A stretch of DNA of 64,000 bases, taken from contig CAXXLQ010000004.1 in the NCBI GenBank assembly GCA_963668695.2, positions 1,920,001-1,984,000 on the forward strand, in the 5' to 3' direction. This document shows positions 33,495-43,210 of this stretch, one piece after another (positions within the stretch are counted from its first letter, which is position 1; every line of letters starts with the position of its first letter). Origin of the DNA: Vicinamibacteria bacterium. Its GTDB lineage: Bacteria > Acidobacteriota > Vicinamibacteria > Marinacidobacterales > Marinacidobacteraceae. The notes under the pieces were generated by a model. That model ran no database searches. It was not told the DNA's origin and saw only the letters and a program-made list of their open reading frames with translations. Both the position numbers and the translations under genes were made by a program.

Positions 33495-34937
33495 GTGCGA
33501 CGATATCGAGTAGTAGTTCCCGTCATCTTGGAAGAACCCGGCCTCCTCAGCGTCCTTCCCCCGGTCCTCGCCATCCTGGTCGCCCTGGCTACCCGCCAGG
33601 CGGTGCTCGCCCTGCTCGCCGGCGTTTTGTTCGGGGAGCTGGTTCTCGGTGGCGGGAACGTCTTCTCCGCGCTGGCCGGCACGGTGGCCCGGATCACCGA
33701 CGCCTTTGCGGGCAATCCCGCCATCCTTCTCTTCAGCACGCTGGTGGGGTCCGTGCTGGCGCTGATCGGATTCACCGGCGGGGTTACCGGTTTTGTGAAA
33801 TGGGTCACTTCCCGCCGCCTCGTTACGGGTCCGCGAGGGGCGCAGGCGCTCGCCCTGCTGCTCGGGCTCGGCATCTTCGTCGAGTCGAGCATCACCTGTC
33901 TCGTGAGCGGCACGGTGGCGCGCCCGCTCTTTGACCGCTTCAGGCTTTCCCGGGAGAAACTCGCCTATCTCACCGATTCGACCTCGGCCCCGGTCTGCAT
34001 CCTCCTGCCCATGAACGGCTGGGGGGCGCTCATCATCACCATCCTGGGAACGCTCGGTATCGAGAGCGGGGTCTCCGTGCTGGTGGCGAGCATCCCCCTG
34101 AACTTCTATGCGCTCGCCGCGTTGGGGCTGGCCTTTTTCTTCGGCCTTTCGGGGCGGGATTTCGGCCCCATGGCACGCGCCGAGCACCGGGCCAGGACGA
34201 CCGGACAGGTCATCCGGGAAGGCGCCCGGCCCCTTGTTTCCACGGAAGTCCTCGCACTCCCTCCCGGACCGGGAGTGCCCGATCGGGCCCGGAACATGAT
34301 CGTGCCCCTGGCGGTTCTGCTTGTCATGATCTTCCTCGGGCTGTGGATCACCGGCGAGGGCAACCTGCTCGCCGGGGACGGAGGGACTGCCGTCCTCTGG
34401 GCCGTGCTCGCTGCGGTGATAACGGCGGCCATCCTGGGAATCGCCCAGCGCGTCCTCCGGGTATCCGAAACGGTGGACCTCGTACTGCAGGGAGCCGGCG
34501 GGATGGTGCCGGTCGTCACCGTTCTCCTCGCTTCCTTCGCCATTGCAGCGGTGGCGCGGGATCTTGGGACCGGGGTCTATCTCGCGGGGGTGGCGGAGGC
34601 TGCCATGCCGGCCTGGCTTGTTCCGGCAGTGCTCTTCGTCGTGACGTCGGTGGTCGCGTTTTCCACCGGGACATCGTGGGGGACGTTCGCCATCATGCTC
34701 CCGATTGCGGTTCCGGCTGCCGCCGTGCTCGGCATCGATCTTCCCCTCGTCGTGGGAGCGGTGCTCTCGGGAGGGATCTTCGGCGATCACTGCTCGCCGA
34801 TCTCGGACACCACGATCATCGCCTCCATGGCGTCCGGGTCCGACCTCGTGGACCACGTGAACACTCAGCTTCCGTATGCGCTGCTGGGCGGGGCCGCCGC
34901 TACGGTTCTGTTCGTGGTCGCGGGGCTCCTGTCCTGA
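33495..34937 (+). CDS. Na+/H+ antiporter NhaC-family protein
   Basis: SREKLAYLTDSTSAP, FSTGTSWGTFAI, GDHCSPISDTT; start may be 33528. Confidence 0.92.
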   Translation: MRRYRVVVPVILEEPGLLSVLPPVLAILVALATRQAVLALLAGVLFGELVLGGGNVFSALAGTVARITDAFAGNPAILLFSTLVGSVLALIGFTGGVTGFVKWVTSRRLVTGPRGAQALALLLGLGIFVESSITCLVSGTVARPLFDRFRLSREKLAYLTDSTSAPVCILLPMNGWGALIITILGTLGIESGVSVLVASIPLNFYALAALGLAFFFGLSGRDFGPMARAEHRARTTGQVIREGARPLVSTEVLALPPGPGVPDRARNMIVPLAVLLVMIFLGLWITGEGNLLAGDGGTAVLWAVLAAVITAAILGIAQRVLRVSETVDLVLQGAGGMVPVVTVLLASFAIAAVARDLGTGVYLAGVAEAAMPAWLVPAVLFVVTSVVAFSTGTSWGTFAIMLPIAVPAAAVLGIDLPLVVGAVLSGGIFGDHCSPISDTTIIASMASGSDLVDHVNTQLPYALLGGAAATVLFVVAGLLS

Positions 34938-34978
34938 CGCCCGAAATCCACGGGGTCTCCCCCTAGAATTGGGAGCCC

Positions 34979-35842
34979 GTGTCGGAAAACGCCTTACTTG
35001 ACACCCTCGCGGACGAGGCGCGGCCCTTGTCTGACGGGACTCCGGAGCTTGTCCCCCTAGACCCCGACCATCCCGGTTTCCGGGATCCCGTGTATCGGGC
35101 TCGCCGGAACGCCATCGCGAAGCTCGCCTACGAGTACGCCCCGGGAGACCCGGTGCCCACGGTGGCCTACACCGACGAAGAGCACGCCGTCTGGAGCCGC
35201 GTCCGCGAACTCCTCGATCCGCGGCACCGGGACTTCGCCTGCGCCGAGTACCTGGAATGCGTGGATACAGTGGCGCTTGACCCCACCCGGATCCCGCAGC
35301 TCGAGGACGTGAACGCCCGCATCCGGCCGCTGACGGGATTCCGCATGTTCCCGGTTGCCGGTCTGGTCACGGCTCGGGCGTTCCTTTCGTTCCTCGCTCA
35401 CCGGATCTTTCTCGCTACCCAGTACATTCGTCACGCTAGCCGGCCGCTCTACACCCCCGAACCCGACGTCATCCATGAGTTCGTAGGCCACGCCGCCTCC
35501 TTTGCGCACCCGCTCTACGGCCGCCTGAGCGCCCACTTCGGGCGCGCCGCCCGCGCGGCGAGCGACGAGGACGTCGAACGGATCGCCCGCCTTTACTGGT
35601 TCACTCTCGAATTCGGGGCGGCCATCGAAGACGGCATCCCCAAGGCTTACGGCGCGGGGCTTCTTTCCTCGGCCGGTGAGATGGACCGTCTCCGGGAGGC
35701 GGAACTCCGGCGGTTCGACTGTCGGACGATGGCGGACACCCCTTACGACCCCACCGATTTCCAGCCGTTTTATTTCATCGCGCCGAGCTTCGGCGCGATG
35801 CACGAGCAGGTGAGCGACTTCCTGAGGACCTTCTCCGACTGA
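34979..35842 (+). CDS. phhA: Phenylalanine 4-monooxygenase (pterin-dependent aromatic amino acid hydroxylase)
   Basis: TQYIRH..YTPEPDVIHEFVGH, YWFTLEFG, AYGAGLLSS. Confidence 0.92.
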   Translation: MSENALLDTLADEARPLSDGTPELVPLDPDHPGFRDPVYRARRNAIAKLAYEYAPGDPVPTVAYTDEEHAVWSRVRELLDPRHRDFACAEYLECVDTVALDPTRIPQLEDVNARIRPLTGFRMFPVAGLVTARAFLSFLAHRIFLATQYIRHASRPLYTPEPDVIHEFVGHAASFAHPLYGRLSAHFGRAARAASDEDVERIARLYWFTLEFGAAIEDGIPKAYGAGLLSSAGEMDRLREAELRRFDCRTMADTPYDPTDFQPFYFIAPSFGAMHEQVSDFLRTFSD

Positions 35843-35905
35843 TCGGCTCGGCGGTCGAGCCTCCACCGGGAGAACGGGGCCGCGCGACCTGTTCAGATGC
35901 TGCTA

Positions 35906-36620
35906 ACAGCCTGTGGTGGAACCCGGGTGAGCGCCGAGGTTGGCCAGTTCTCCCGGTGGGGGCGAGGCCCAGTTCTCCCGGTGGGGCCAGTCCTCCCGGT
36001 GGGGGCCCGGCTGACAAGGCGCGTGAGGGAGGAATACCGGGTGTATTCCGACCGAAACGCAACGATGAGCGGCGCGAAGCGACGCGGTTCAGCCGGGATG
36101 GATCGCCGGCCGAGCCCCCACCGGGAGAACTGGGCCGCGTGGGTTTCACTGCCGGCTGTTCAGCCGGGATGGATCGCCGGCCGAGCCCCCACCGGGAGAA
36201 CTGGGCCGCGCGGGTTTCACTACCGGCTGTTCGGCCGGGATGGATCGCCGGCCGCACGCCGCGTGGGTTTCACTGCCGGCTGTTCAGCCGGGATGGATCG
36301 CCAGCCGCACGCCGCGTGGGTTTCACTGCCGGCGGTTCAGCCGGGATGGATCGCCGGCCGAGCCCCCACCGGGAGAACTGGGCCGCGTGGGTTTCACTGC
36401 CGGCTGTTTGGCCGGGATGGATCGCCGGCCGAGCCCCCACCGGGAGAACTGGGCCGCGTGGGTTTCACTGCCGGCTGTTTGGCCGGGATGGATCGCCGGC
36501 CGAGCCCCCACCGGGAGAACTGGGCCGCGTGGGTTTCGCTACCGGTTGTTTGGCGGGATGGATCGCCGCCGAGCCGCCCCACCGGGAGAACTGGGCCGCC
36601 TGGGTTTCGCCACAGGCTGT
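35906..36620. mobile_element. A element with eight tandem right-end units
   Basis: TA flanks; six units of about 71 nt and two of 53 nt; ends on TAA stop of the PP2C gene. Confidence 0.85.
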
Positions 36621-37879
36621 TAAGCGCGGATGACCAGCACCGTCTGGTCGTCGTCGGGGGCACCGCCCCGAAACCGCCGGACGCCCTTGAGGACGCTGTC
36701 ACAGACCTCGGCGGCGGGAGTTCCGAGATCCCGCTCCCGGCGGAGCAGTTCACCGAGGCGCTCCCGGCCGAAGAGTTCGTCCTCGCGATTCGAGGCCTCG
36801 GTGATTCCGTCGGTGTAGAAGGCGAGCAGGTCTCCGTCGCCCAACTGGATCACCTGCTCGAAGTACCGGGGCGACGGGAAGAGGCCCACCGGCAGGCCGC
36901 CGGCGTGGATCAACTCGATCTGGCCGCTCGCCCGGACCAGCACGGGTGGCGGGTGTCCCGCGTTGATGTGGATCAACCGGCGGAGGGGAACATCCAGCAG
37001 CCCGAAGAACAAGGTTGCGTAGCGGGTCTCTCCCACCGTCTCGTAGAGCAACTGGTTGGTGCGCCCCACAATCACCCGGAGCGTGAGGCTCGACTTGGCG
37101 AGCGAAAAGACCGAGGCGCGCAGCGCGGCCACCAGCAGCGCTGCGGGGATGCCCTTCCCCGCCACGTCGGCCATCGCGATCCCCCAGCGATCTTCTCCCA
37201 GTGAAATCAGGTCGTAGTAGTCGCCGCCCACCTGCGAACACGGTTCATAGACCGCCGCGATCTCCAACCCCTCGAGGATCGGACATTCGTGCGGGAGCAG
37301 GTCGTGCAACACCCGTCCCGCAACTTCCATCTCGGAAATGAGTTCCCGGCCCTCGACCGCCTTCTCGTAGAACAGAATGCGTTCGACAGCGGGCGCCACT
37401 CCGAGGGAGTACGAGCGCAGCATCCGAAGGTCCGCCTGGCCGAACGCGGCGGGATCCGGGGACTCGGCGACCACCGCCCCGAGGCGCCGGCCGCCGGCCC
37501 CGAGGAGCGGCGCCGCGATGGCGGAAGCCGACCCCGGGTTCAGGTCGGGATCGGAGGCCGCCGCGGCCGTTACCGCAAGCAACTCGGGCCGTCCGCTGTC
37601 GAGCACCTTCCGCGCGATTCCGCCGGAGGGGAGTTGCCCGGCGTCGGATCCCGAAACATCAGGCACCAGGCTGTCGCGCCCGCGCGCCCGCCGGCAAATC
37701 ACGGTCTGCCCATCGAGTGCGACGGAGCAGAGGGTTGCCCGGTCGCAGCGCGGGAGCACGTGGCGGAGCCCGGCGAGGATGGTGTCCGCCGTGCGTCCGA
37801 TTTCGAGGCTGCGCCCGATCTCCTGGAACACCTCGAGCAGGTGCTCGGGGCCGGTCTCCGGCGGGTCTGCTCCGGTCAT
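36620..37879 (-). CDS. GAF plus PP2C/SpoIIE (RsbU-like) phosphatase
   Basis: VGGDYYD, DVAGKG, NAGHPPP, YTDGITEA, DDQT. Confidence 0.93.
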   Translation of the reverse strand: MTGADPPETGPEHLLEVFQEIGRSLEIGRTADTILAGLRHVLPRCDRATLCSVALDGQTVICRRARGRDSLVPDVSGSDAGQLPSGGIARKVLDSGRPELLAVTAAAASDPDLNPGSASAIAAPLLGAGGRRLGAVVAESPDPAAFGQADLRMLRSYSLGVAPAVERILFYEKAVEGRELISEMEVAGRVLHDLLPHECPILEGLEIAAVYEPCSQVGGDYYDLISLGEDRWGIAMADVAGKGIPAALLVAALRASVFSLAKSSLTLRVIVGRTNQLLYETVGETRYATLFFGLLDVPLRRLIHINAGHPPPVLVRASGQIELIHAGGLPVGLFPSPRYFEQVIQLGDGDLLAFYTDGITEASNREDELFGRERLGELLRRERDLGTPAAEVCDSVLKGVRRFRGGAPDDDQTVLVIRA

Positions 37880-37899
37880 GGGTGGCGGCGCTGACCTTA

Positions 37900-38080
37900 G
37901 CAGTCTGTGGTGAAACCCAGGCGGCGTTCGAGCGGCGATCCATCCCGCCTGAACCGCGCCGCTTTGCGGCGCTCGGCGTTGCGTTTCGGTCGAAATACAC
38001 CAGGTATTCCTCCCTTACGCGCCTTGTCAGGCGGGCGCCTCCCCGCTCTCGGCGCTCACCCGGGTTTCACCACCGACTGC
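37900..38080. mobile_element. Minimal A element (no 18-nt module)
   Basis: TIR CAGTCTGTGGTGAAACCC / GGGTTTCACCACCGACTG; used as reference for empty sites. Confidence 0.8.
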
Positions 38081-38099
38081 GAGCGCCAACCGGGTTTGG

Positions 38100-38768
38100 T
38101 TAACGCATCGCGAAGCAGTAGTAGAGACCGTCGCCGCCGGTGCCCTGAAGATCGGCCTGCCCGCAGCCGCGGGAGGCGTGGGCCGAGTTCCAGGAGGTGC
38201 CGTCGTCGCCTCCGCCCGTCCGGTCGTGATGGCCGACCCGGGCGCTGCCGTCACCGGCGCTGCTCATCCAGTTGCTGCAGGTGGTGTCTCCGTCAGCCAT
38301 GAACGCCATCCCGTCCGAGGCGGATCCGGTGATGATGTCGTGCCGGTTGACGTCGTCGCCCCGGCCGCTGATGACTTCGCCCTTTTCGGAGACCGAGTTT
38401 TCCTTGCTGAGCTGGTTGGAGTCGCTATGGAGGTCGGCAAGGCTTTCCGCCACCATGACGCCATTTGCGTTGTGCCACGATCCGTCGCCAATGCGGTCCT
38501 TGGCGTTGACGCCGCCGTCGTCGGTGGTGCTCAGATAGGCGTGCCAGGCGAGGCCGCTTGCGGCGCCGGCCTCATCGGCCAGCATGGCGCAGTGGGCGTC
38601 CGCGCCGTCGAGTCCGCCGAGGTTCGCTCCGTCGCCCGGACCCCGGCTGGTCAGGAAGAAGGTCATGTCCGACTGGGCGGCGGGGACCCCTTCGGGGGCT
38701 GCGAACGAGAAGCCGAAGGCTGCCAGGATTCCGGCGGCGACGAGGCAGAAGAAGAGAGTGCGCTTCAT
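38100..38768 (-). CDS. Secreted lectin/endostatin-like cysteine-containing protein
   Basis: Signal peptide; NLGGLDGADAHC..WHAYLS..HDIITGS..TCSNW..YCFA. Confidence 0.75.
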   Translation of the reverse strand: MKRTLFFCLVAAGILAAFGFSFAAPEGVPAAQSDMTFFLTSRGPGDGANLGGLDGADAHCAMLADEAGAASGLAWHAYLSTTDDGGVNAKDRIGDGSWHNANGVMVAESLADLHSDSNQLSKENSVSEKGEVISGRGDDVNRHDIITGSASDGMAFMADGDTTCSNWMSSAGDGSARVGHHDRTGGGDDGTSWNSAHASRGCGQADLQGTGGDGLYYCFAMR

Positions 38769-38996
38769 GGAGAATTCCTTTCCGGCACGGAAGCCGGAGC
38801 GCTCATTGTAGGGAACGCGGGCTGGTGGCTGCCGCGTGCTGCGCTTCCGCTACTGGTGGCGCGATCCGGGACCGCGGGCCAGTCTCCTCCCGGTGGGGGC
38901 CTTCAGACCGGCATCGCGCGCCGGAGACGGGCGAGACGGACACTGTCCACGCTGGGGGCGCTGGATCGATGCTCTTTCTCCGTCTGCGTCCTCGCG

Positions 38997-40085
38997 TCAC
39001 CGGAGGCGGCGGATTCCGTACCAGAGCAGGGGCAGGATGAAGATGACCCAGAACCCATAGGTGAGGATCCGGTACCCAATTCCGATCAGGTCTTCGAGTC
39101 CCGCCTGGGCCAACAGGATGGCGGCAAGCAGCACGACCGTCGAGGTTGCGGGCCGGAGCCACAGTTTGAGTTCGCGGCCGCTCTCCTCCATCGCGCGGGC
39201 TACTCGTTCGTTGACCGCGTGGATCAGGCTGGTCGCGGTCTCGATCAGGGTTCCGAACAGGATGACCTGGAAGCCGAAGAGGAGGAGCGGTGACCCGATC
39301 TTGGCCAACAGCGTGAGCGAAGGGACCGTTTCCTCCACCATCCCCGGCCCGAGGCCGGCGATCGCAATGAAAAAGAGGACCGCCGGGATGATCCCGATGG
39401 GGCCGGCCAGGACCCCGGCCACCATGGCGTCGCGCCGCGTCCGCAGGTGGTGTGCGCAAAACAGCACTGCGGGAAGCGTGCCCACGTTGTACGCCATGTA
39501 TTCGGCGCCACCCAGCGCCCAGTCGCTCGTCACCTCGCCCTGAGCGAGAGCGGCCGTGATTTCCGGTCCGAAGGACCGGAACGCCGCGATGAGCACCAGC
39601 ACGTACACCGCGTAGAGGGCGAGTGACCAAAAGGACAGGAAGTTCACGACGGTGGTGGTCCCCTTCAGGACCAGCCAGCCCACGGCGACCATGATGGCGA
39701 GTACCCCGGCGGCATACGGCAAGCCAAGCGAGCGGGAGGCGATCTCGCCGCCGGCGGCCGCCACCACGGAAACCACCACCAGCATGCACGCGAGGTAGGT
39801 GACCTCGTAGAGCCAGTTCCACTTCCCGAGGAGCTCGCGGGTCATCGTCCGGTAGTCGTACGAGCCCGACCGCCGCGCGATCTCAAACGTAAGGAAGCAG
39901 ACGATGGACCAGAGCGGCATCGTCACGAGCAGCATCCCGAGGAGTCCGCCAACAACGCCCTTGGTCAGGAAGAAGTCCACCAGCTCGCGCCCGGTGCCGT
40001 AACCCCCGGCGATGATCATGGACTGGAAGCAGAAACCCGGCAGCAGGAATCGGCGGAACCAGTCGGAACGAAGCGGATTCTTCAT
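38997..40085 (-). CDS. YkvI-like multi-pass membrane protein
   Basis: IIAGGYGTGRELVDFF motif and about 10 TM segments. Confidence 0.8.
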   Translation of the reverse strand: MKNPLRSDWFRRFLLPGFCFQSMIIAGGYGTGRELVDFFLTKGVVGGLLGMLLVTMPLWSIVCFLTFEIARRSGSYDYRTMTRELLGKWNWLYEVTYLACMLVVVSVVAAAGGEIASRSLGLPYAAGVLAIMVAVGWLVLKGTTTVVNFLSFWSLALYAVYVLVLIAAFRSFGPEITAALAQGEVTSDWALGGAEYMAYNVGTLPAVLFCAHHLRTRRDAMVAGVLAGPIGIIPAVLFFIAIAGLGPGMVEETVPSLTLLAKIGSPLLLFGFQVILFGTLIETATSLIHAVNERVARAMEESGRELKLWLRPATSTVVLLAAILLAQAGLEDLIGIGYRILTYGFWVIFILPLLWYGIRRLR

Positions 40086-40137
40086 GGGGTTCTCCCCGGG
40101 GGAATGGCGGCCAAGAATACCCGCCGGCTCAGGGCTT

Positions 40138-40252
40138 CCCGGGGTTACGGCCGGGACCGGCGCCCCGGCGTCCTGTGGCGCGGTTCAGGCGGGATGGATC
40201 GCCGCTCGAACGCCCGGGGTTACGGCCGGGACCGGCGCCCCGGCGTCCTGTG
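40138..40252. repeat. 40-nt direct repeat pair enclosing a 35-nt MITE fragment
   Basis: CCCGGGGTTACGGCCGGGACCGGCGCCCCGGCGTCCTGTG at 40138-40177 and 40213-40252. Confidence 0.9.
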
Positions 40253-40259
40253 TTTCCTC

Positions 40260-40763
40260 TTAATTCGTCCGGGGCAATTCCCGGGGGCGGATCAACGCCT
40301 CGAGAGTGGCCGCGGCCGGCAGGAGTCCGCTCCAGTCGGGGGCCGGGACGGAAACGACCGCGAGGGCAGCGGTCGGGAAATGCTCGTAGCGGCCGCCGAA
40401 GCGCGCCACGAGATCTTCCATGCCGGGGTTGTGTGCCACCACCAGCAGGGGAGATGTGCTCCCGCCCTCCTCGCTCACGATTTCCACGATCTCGTCCGGA
40501 CTGGACCCGTAGAGATCCGGAACCAGGCGCAAGGCGTCCGGGGCCGCACCAGCCGCTTCCAGCGCGAGGGCGGCGGTTTCGCGAGCGCGCCGCGCCGTTG
40601 AAACGAGCGCCGTCGCGGGAATGAGCTCATGTTCCCGCAGGTAACAGCCCATGCGCGGTGCGTCCCGTAGTCCACGCGGCGCCAGGGGGCGGTCGTGGTC
40701 GCGGAGACCGGGGTGGTTCCAGTCCGACTTGGCGTGGCGGAGCAGCAGCAACTGCAACATCAC
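40260..40763 (-). CDS. sixA: SixA-type histidine phosphatase
   Basis: LLLRHAKS, DHDRPL, STARRARET, VAHNPG. Confidence 0.9.
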   Translation of the reverse strand: MMLQLLLLRHAKSDWNHPGLRDHDRPLAPRGLRDAPRMGCYLREHELIPATALVSTARRARETAALALEAAGAAPDALRLVPDLYGSSPDEIVEIVSEEGGSTSPLLVVAHNPGMEDLVARFGGRYEHFPTAALAVVSVPAPDWSGLLPAAATLEALIRPRELPRTN

Positions 40764-41746
40764 GCCGCTCCGTAGGCTTCCTCGACCGAGTCCGCACCGG
40801 CGAGGATCCGCGAGTACACCCCCGGGTCCACGTTGCCCCCGGTAACTACGACCAGCACCTCTTTTTCCAGGAACCTTTGGGGATCGGTGAGCAGTGCTCC
40901 GATCCCGAGGGCCCCGGTGGGCTCGGCCTTCAGGTTGGCCGCGGCAAAGAGCTTCCGCACGCCCTCGGCGATCTGCGGCTCGGGCACTTCGACGATGTCC
41001 TGCAGCCCCTGCCGGAGGATGGCCCAGTTGTTCTCGCCAAGCCGGGGAAGCCGCGCCCCGTCCGCGAGCGAGAGCGCCTCGCCGGAGTGGCTGACCAGTT
41101 CTCCGCGGCGGAGCGATGCGGCGGCGTCGTTCGCGAGAAGTGGTTCCGCACCGATTACCGGGATCTCGGGCAGCCCGGCGGAGCGAAGGCCGGTCAGGAT
41201 TCCCGAACTGATCCCGCCGCCGCCGATGGGAACCACCACCACGGCGTTTTGGCGGCGGGCCGGGGCCCAGCGGGCGAGACGCGCTGCGATCTCGACCCCC
41301 AGCGTGGCGTTTCCGGCGATCACCGCCGGATCGTCGTAGGCGCTCGCCACTTCGGCCTCGGGCAGGTCTCGGAGCAGGCGGACCACCGCGTCGTCCCGTG
41401 ACTCTTTTTCCACATCCGTCAGTTCCACCTGGGCGCCGTGGCTGCGAACGGCGTCGATCTTGACCCGGGCGGAGATGGAAGGCATCACGATGGTCGCGCG
41501 TTTCGAGAGCAGCTTGCAGGCAAGCGCGAGCGCCTGGCCGAAGTTGCCGGAAGAGGCGGCGAGGAGGTGCGGGGCGGGCGAAGTCCGGGCCCGGTGAAAC
41601 GCCGCCCGGAACTTGAAGCTCCCGGTACGCTGGAACGTCTCACTGACCAGGGTGACCCGGATGCCGAGCGCCGCCCGCAGTCTCTCGGGTTCGATCCAGG
41701 TGGTGGGGCGGACCGCGAAGGGACGGTCCGGGACGGTCAGGTTCAT
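40760..41746 (-). CDS. PLP-dependent serine/threonine dehydratase family enzyme
   Basis: QRTGSFKFR, ASSGNFGQA, PIGGGG, EPTGA, TGGNVD. Confidence 0.9.
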   Translation of the reverse strand: MNLTVPDRPFAVRPTTWIEPERLRAALGIRVTLVSETFQRTGSFKFRAAFHRARTSPAPHLLAASSGNFGQALALACKLLSKRATIVMPSISARVKIDAVRSHGAQVELTDVEKESRDDAVVRLLRDLPEAEVASAYDDPAVIAGNATLGVEIAARLARWAPARRQNAVVVVPIGGGGISSGILTGLRSAGLPEIPVIGAEPLLANDAAASLRRGELVSHSGEALSLADGARLPRLGENNWAILRQGLQDIVEVPEPQIAEGVRKLFAAANLKAEPTGALGIGALLTDPQRFLEKEVLVVVTGGNVDPGVYSRILAGADSVEEAYGAA

Positions 41747-43194
41747 GGTTCCCCCTCGGGTATCACCCGGTCCAGGATCGCATCCGGATCGGTTTCCCCG
41801 CTTTCGTCCTGAAGCTCGCGGCTGCGGTCGAGGATACGCCCGACGGCCTTGCCGGGCGCGATGTTGCGCGCCAACACGTGCCGTCCGCTGACGGCGTCCG
41901 CCGGCGGCTCACGGAACACCCCGGCCAGTTCGGCCTGCTCCCGGAAGATCGCGCCTTCCGGAAACCGGCCGGCGAGCGCCGCCTCCGTAGTCCGGCCGAG
42001 CTGATCCGCGGTCGCAACCCGCAAGAGGGCCTCCATCGTCGTCCCGGCTGCCACCACCTCGCGGGCCAGCCGGCGGTAGGCGGCCCGTTTCGCACCCTGC
42101 CGTGGGTAAAACGCCGGAGCCAGGTGGCGGCGGGTCAGCGCTTCGACCTCGTCCACCAGCGCGCGCGGCGCCCGCAACCCCTCCAGAAAACGCCTGGCGA
42201 TGGGTGCTCCAACGGCGTCGTGGGCGTAAGCCGTGATGCGTCCGCGCCGCTCCCGGGTGGTGGCGGGCTTGCCGAAGTCATGGCAAAGGGTCGCAAAGAG
42301 CAGGGCCCGCCGCGCCTCGGGGTCCTCGGGGCAGAGCTCCACGGCCCGGTCCAGGGCCAGCAGGGTGTGCTCGAACACATCCCCCTCGGGATGCCACCCG
42401 GGATCCTGGGGAATGCCGCGGAGGGCGTCCACTTCGGGCAGGAAGCGCAGGAGTCCGGTGGCGGCCAGGAACCGGAAGCCGCGCGATGGTTCCCTGCCGT
42501 GGAGGAGCTTTGCGAGTTCGTCCCGGATCCGCTCGGGGCTCAGCTCGGAGAGGTCGAGCTCGGAACAGAGGCGGTGCAGCTCGGTGTCCGCCGTAAACGA
42601 GAAGCGGGAAGCGAATGCGGCGACCCGCAGTCCGCGCAGGGGATCCTCGGGGAATTTCGTGGAGTCGGTGGCCCGCATCACCCCGGCGGCGAGATCCCGG
42701 GCCCCGCCGTACGGGTCGAACAGCTCGCCGGTCAGAGGGTCGAGCCCGATGGCGTTCAGGGTGAGATCGCGGCGCCGGGCGGCATCCGCGAAGTTCATGT
42801 TGGGATCGACGACGACCTCGAAACCCAGGTGACCCGGCCCCGTCTTCGATTCGCGCCGCGGCAGAGCGACTTCCACGCCGAGGCCCCCGATGCGCAGCAC
42901 CGGAAAGGCGCGGCCGATCCGCCGCACCTTGCCGAGCCGCCGCAGCGCCCGCTCCAGATCCCGTACCGAAAGTCCGAACACCTCGAGGTCCGGCTCGCCC
43001 GTGGGGAGGGACAGCATCCCGTCGCGGACGAAGCCCCCAACCACCACAGTGCGTCCGCCGGCGCGGCGGACGGCGAGGGCAACCCGGCGCGCGTCCCCGG
43101 CGCCGCCGGCGGCCTCATCGGGGATCGGGCCTACCGGCGCGAGTTGGAAACGGGCCGGTTCCGACCCCCCGGCGTGCTCGTCTCGCCGCGTCAA
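41743..43194 (-). CDS. Class II tRNA nucleotidyltransferase with HD domain
   Basis: VGGFVRD, RRDLTLNA, EDPLR, HPEGDV..HDFGK; CCA versus partial activity not resolvable by eye. Confidence 0.88.
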   Translation of the reverse strand: MTRRDEHAGGSEPARFQLAPVGPIPDEAAGGAGDARRVALAVRRAGGRTVVVGGFVRDGMLSLPTGEPDLEVFGLSVRDLERALRRLGKVRRIGRAFPVLRIGGLGVEVALPRRESKTGPGHLGFEVVVDPNMNFADAARRRDLTLNAIGLDPLTGELFDPYGGARDLAAGVMRATDSTKFPEDPLRGLRVAAFASRFSFTADTELHRLCSELDLSELSPERIRDELAKLLHGREPSRGFRFLAATGLLRFLPEVDALRGIPQDPGWHPEGDVFEHTLLALDRAVELCPEDPEARRALLFATLCHDFGKPATTRERRGRITAYAHDAVGAPIARRFLEGLRAPRALVDEVEALTRRHLAPAFYPRQGAKRAAYRRLAREVVAAGTTMEALLRVATADQLGRTTEAALAGRFPEGAIFREQAELAGVFREPPADAVSGRHVLARNIAPGKAVGRILDRSRELQDESGETDPDAILDRVIPEGEP

Positions 43195-43210
43195 GAACCG
43201 AGCTGGGTGG

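Noticed and set aside
32956-33513. Repetitive ORFs (PHRENW, APTGRTG, PPGELG, QFSRWG peptides) here and at 35897-36633, 49985-51485, 52473-53329, 60203-60703
   Set aside because: They are translations of the repeat elements, open in several frames on both strands, with no RBS or family motifs.
42980-43000. E-P-D in place of D-x-D in the nucleotidyltransferase
   Set aside because: Conservative acidic change with the other motifs intact; not enough to claim altered function.
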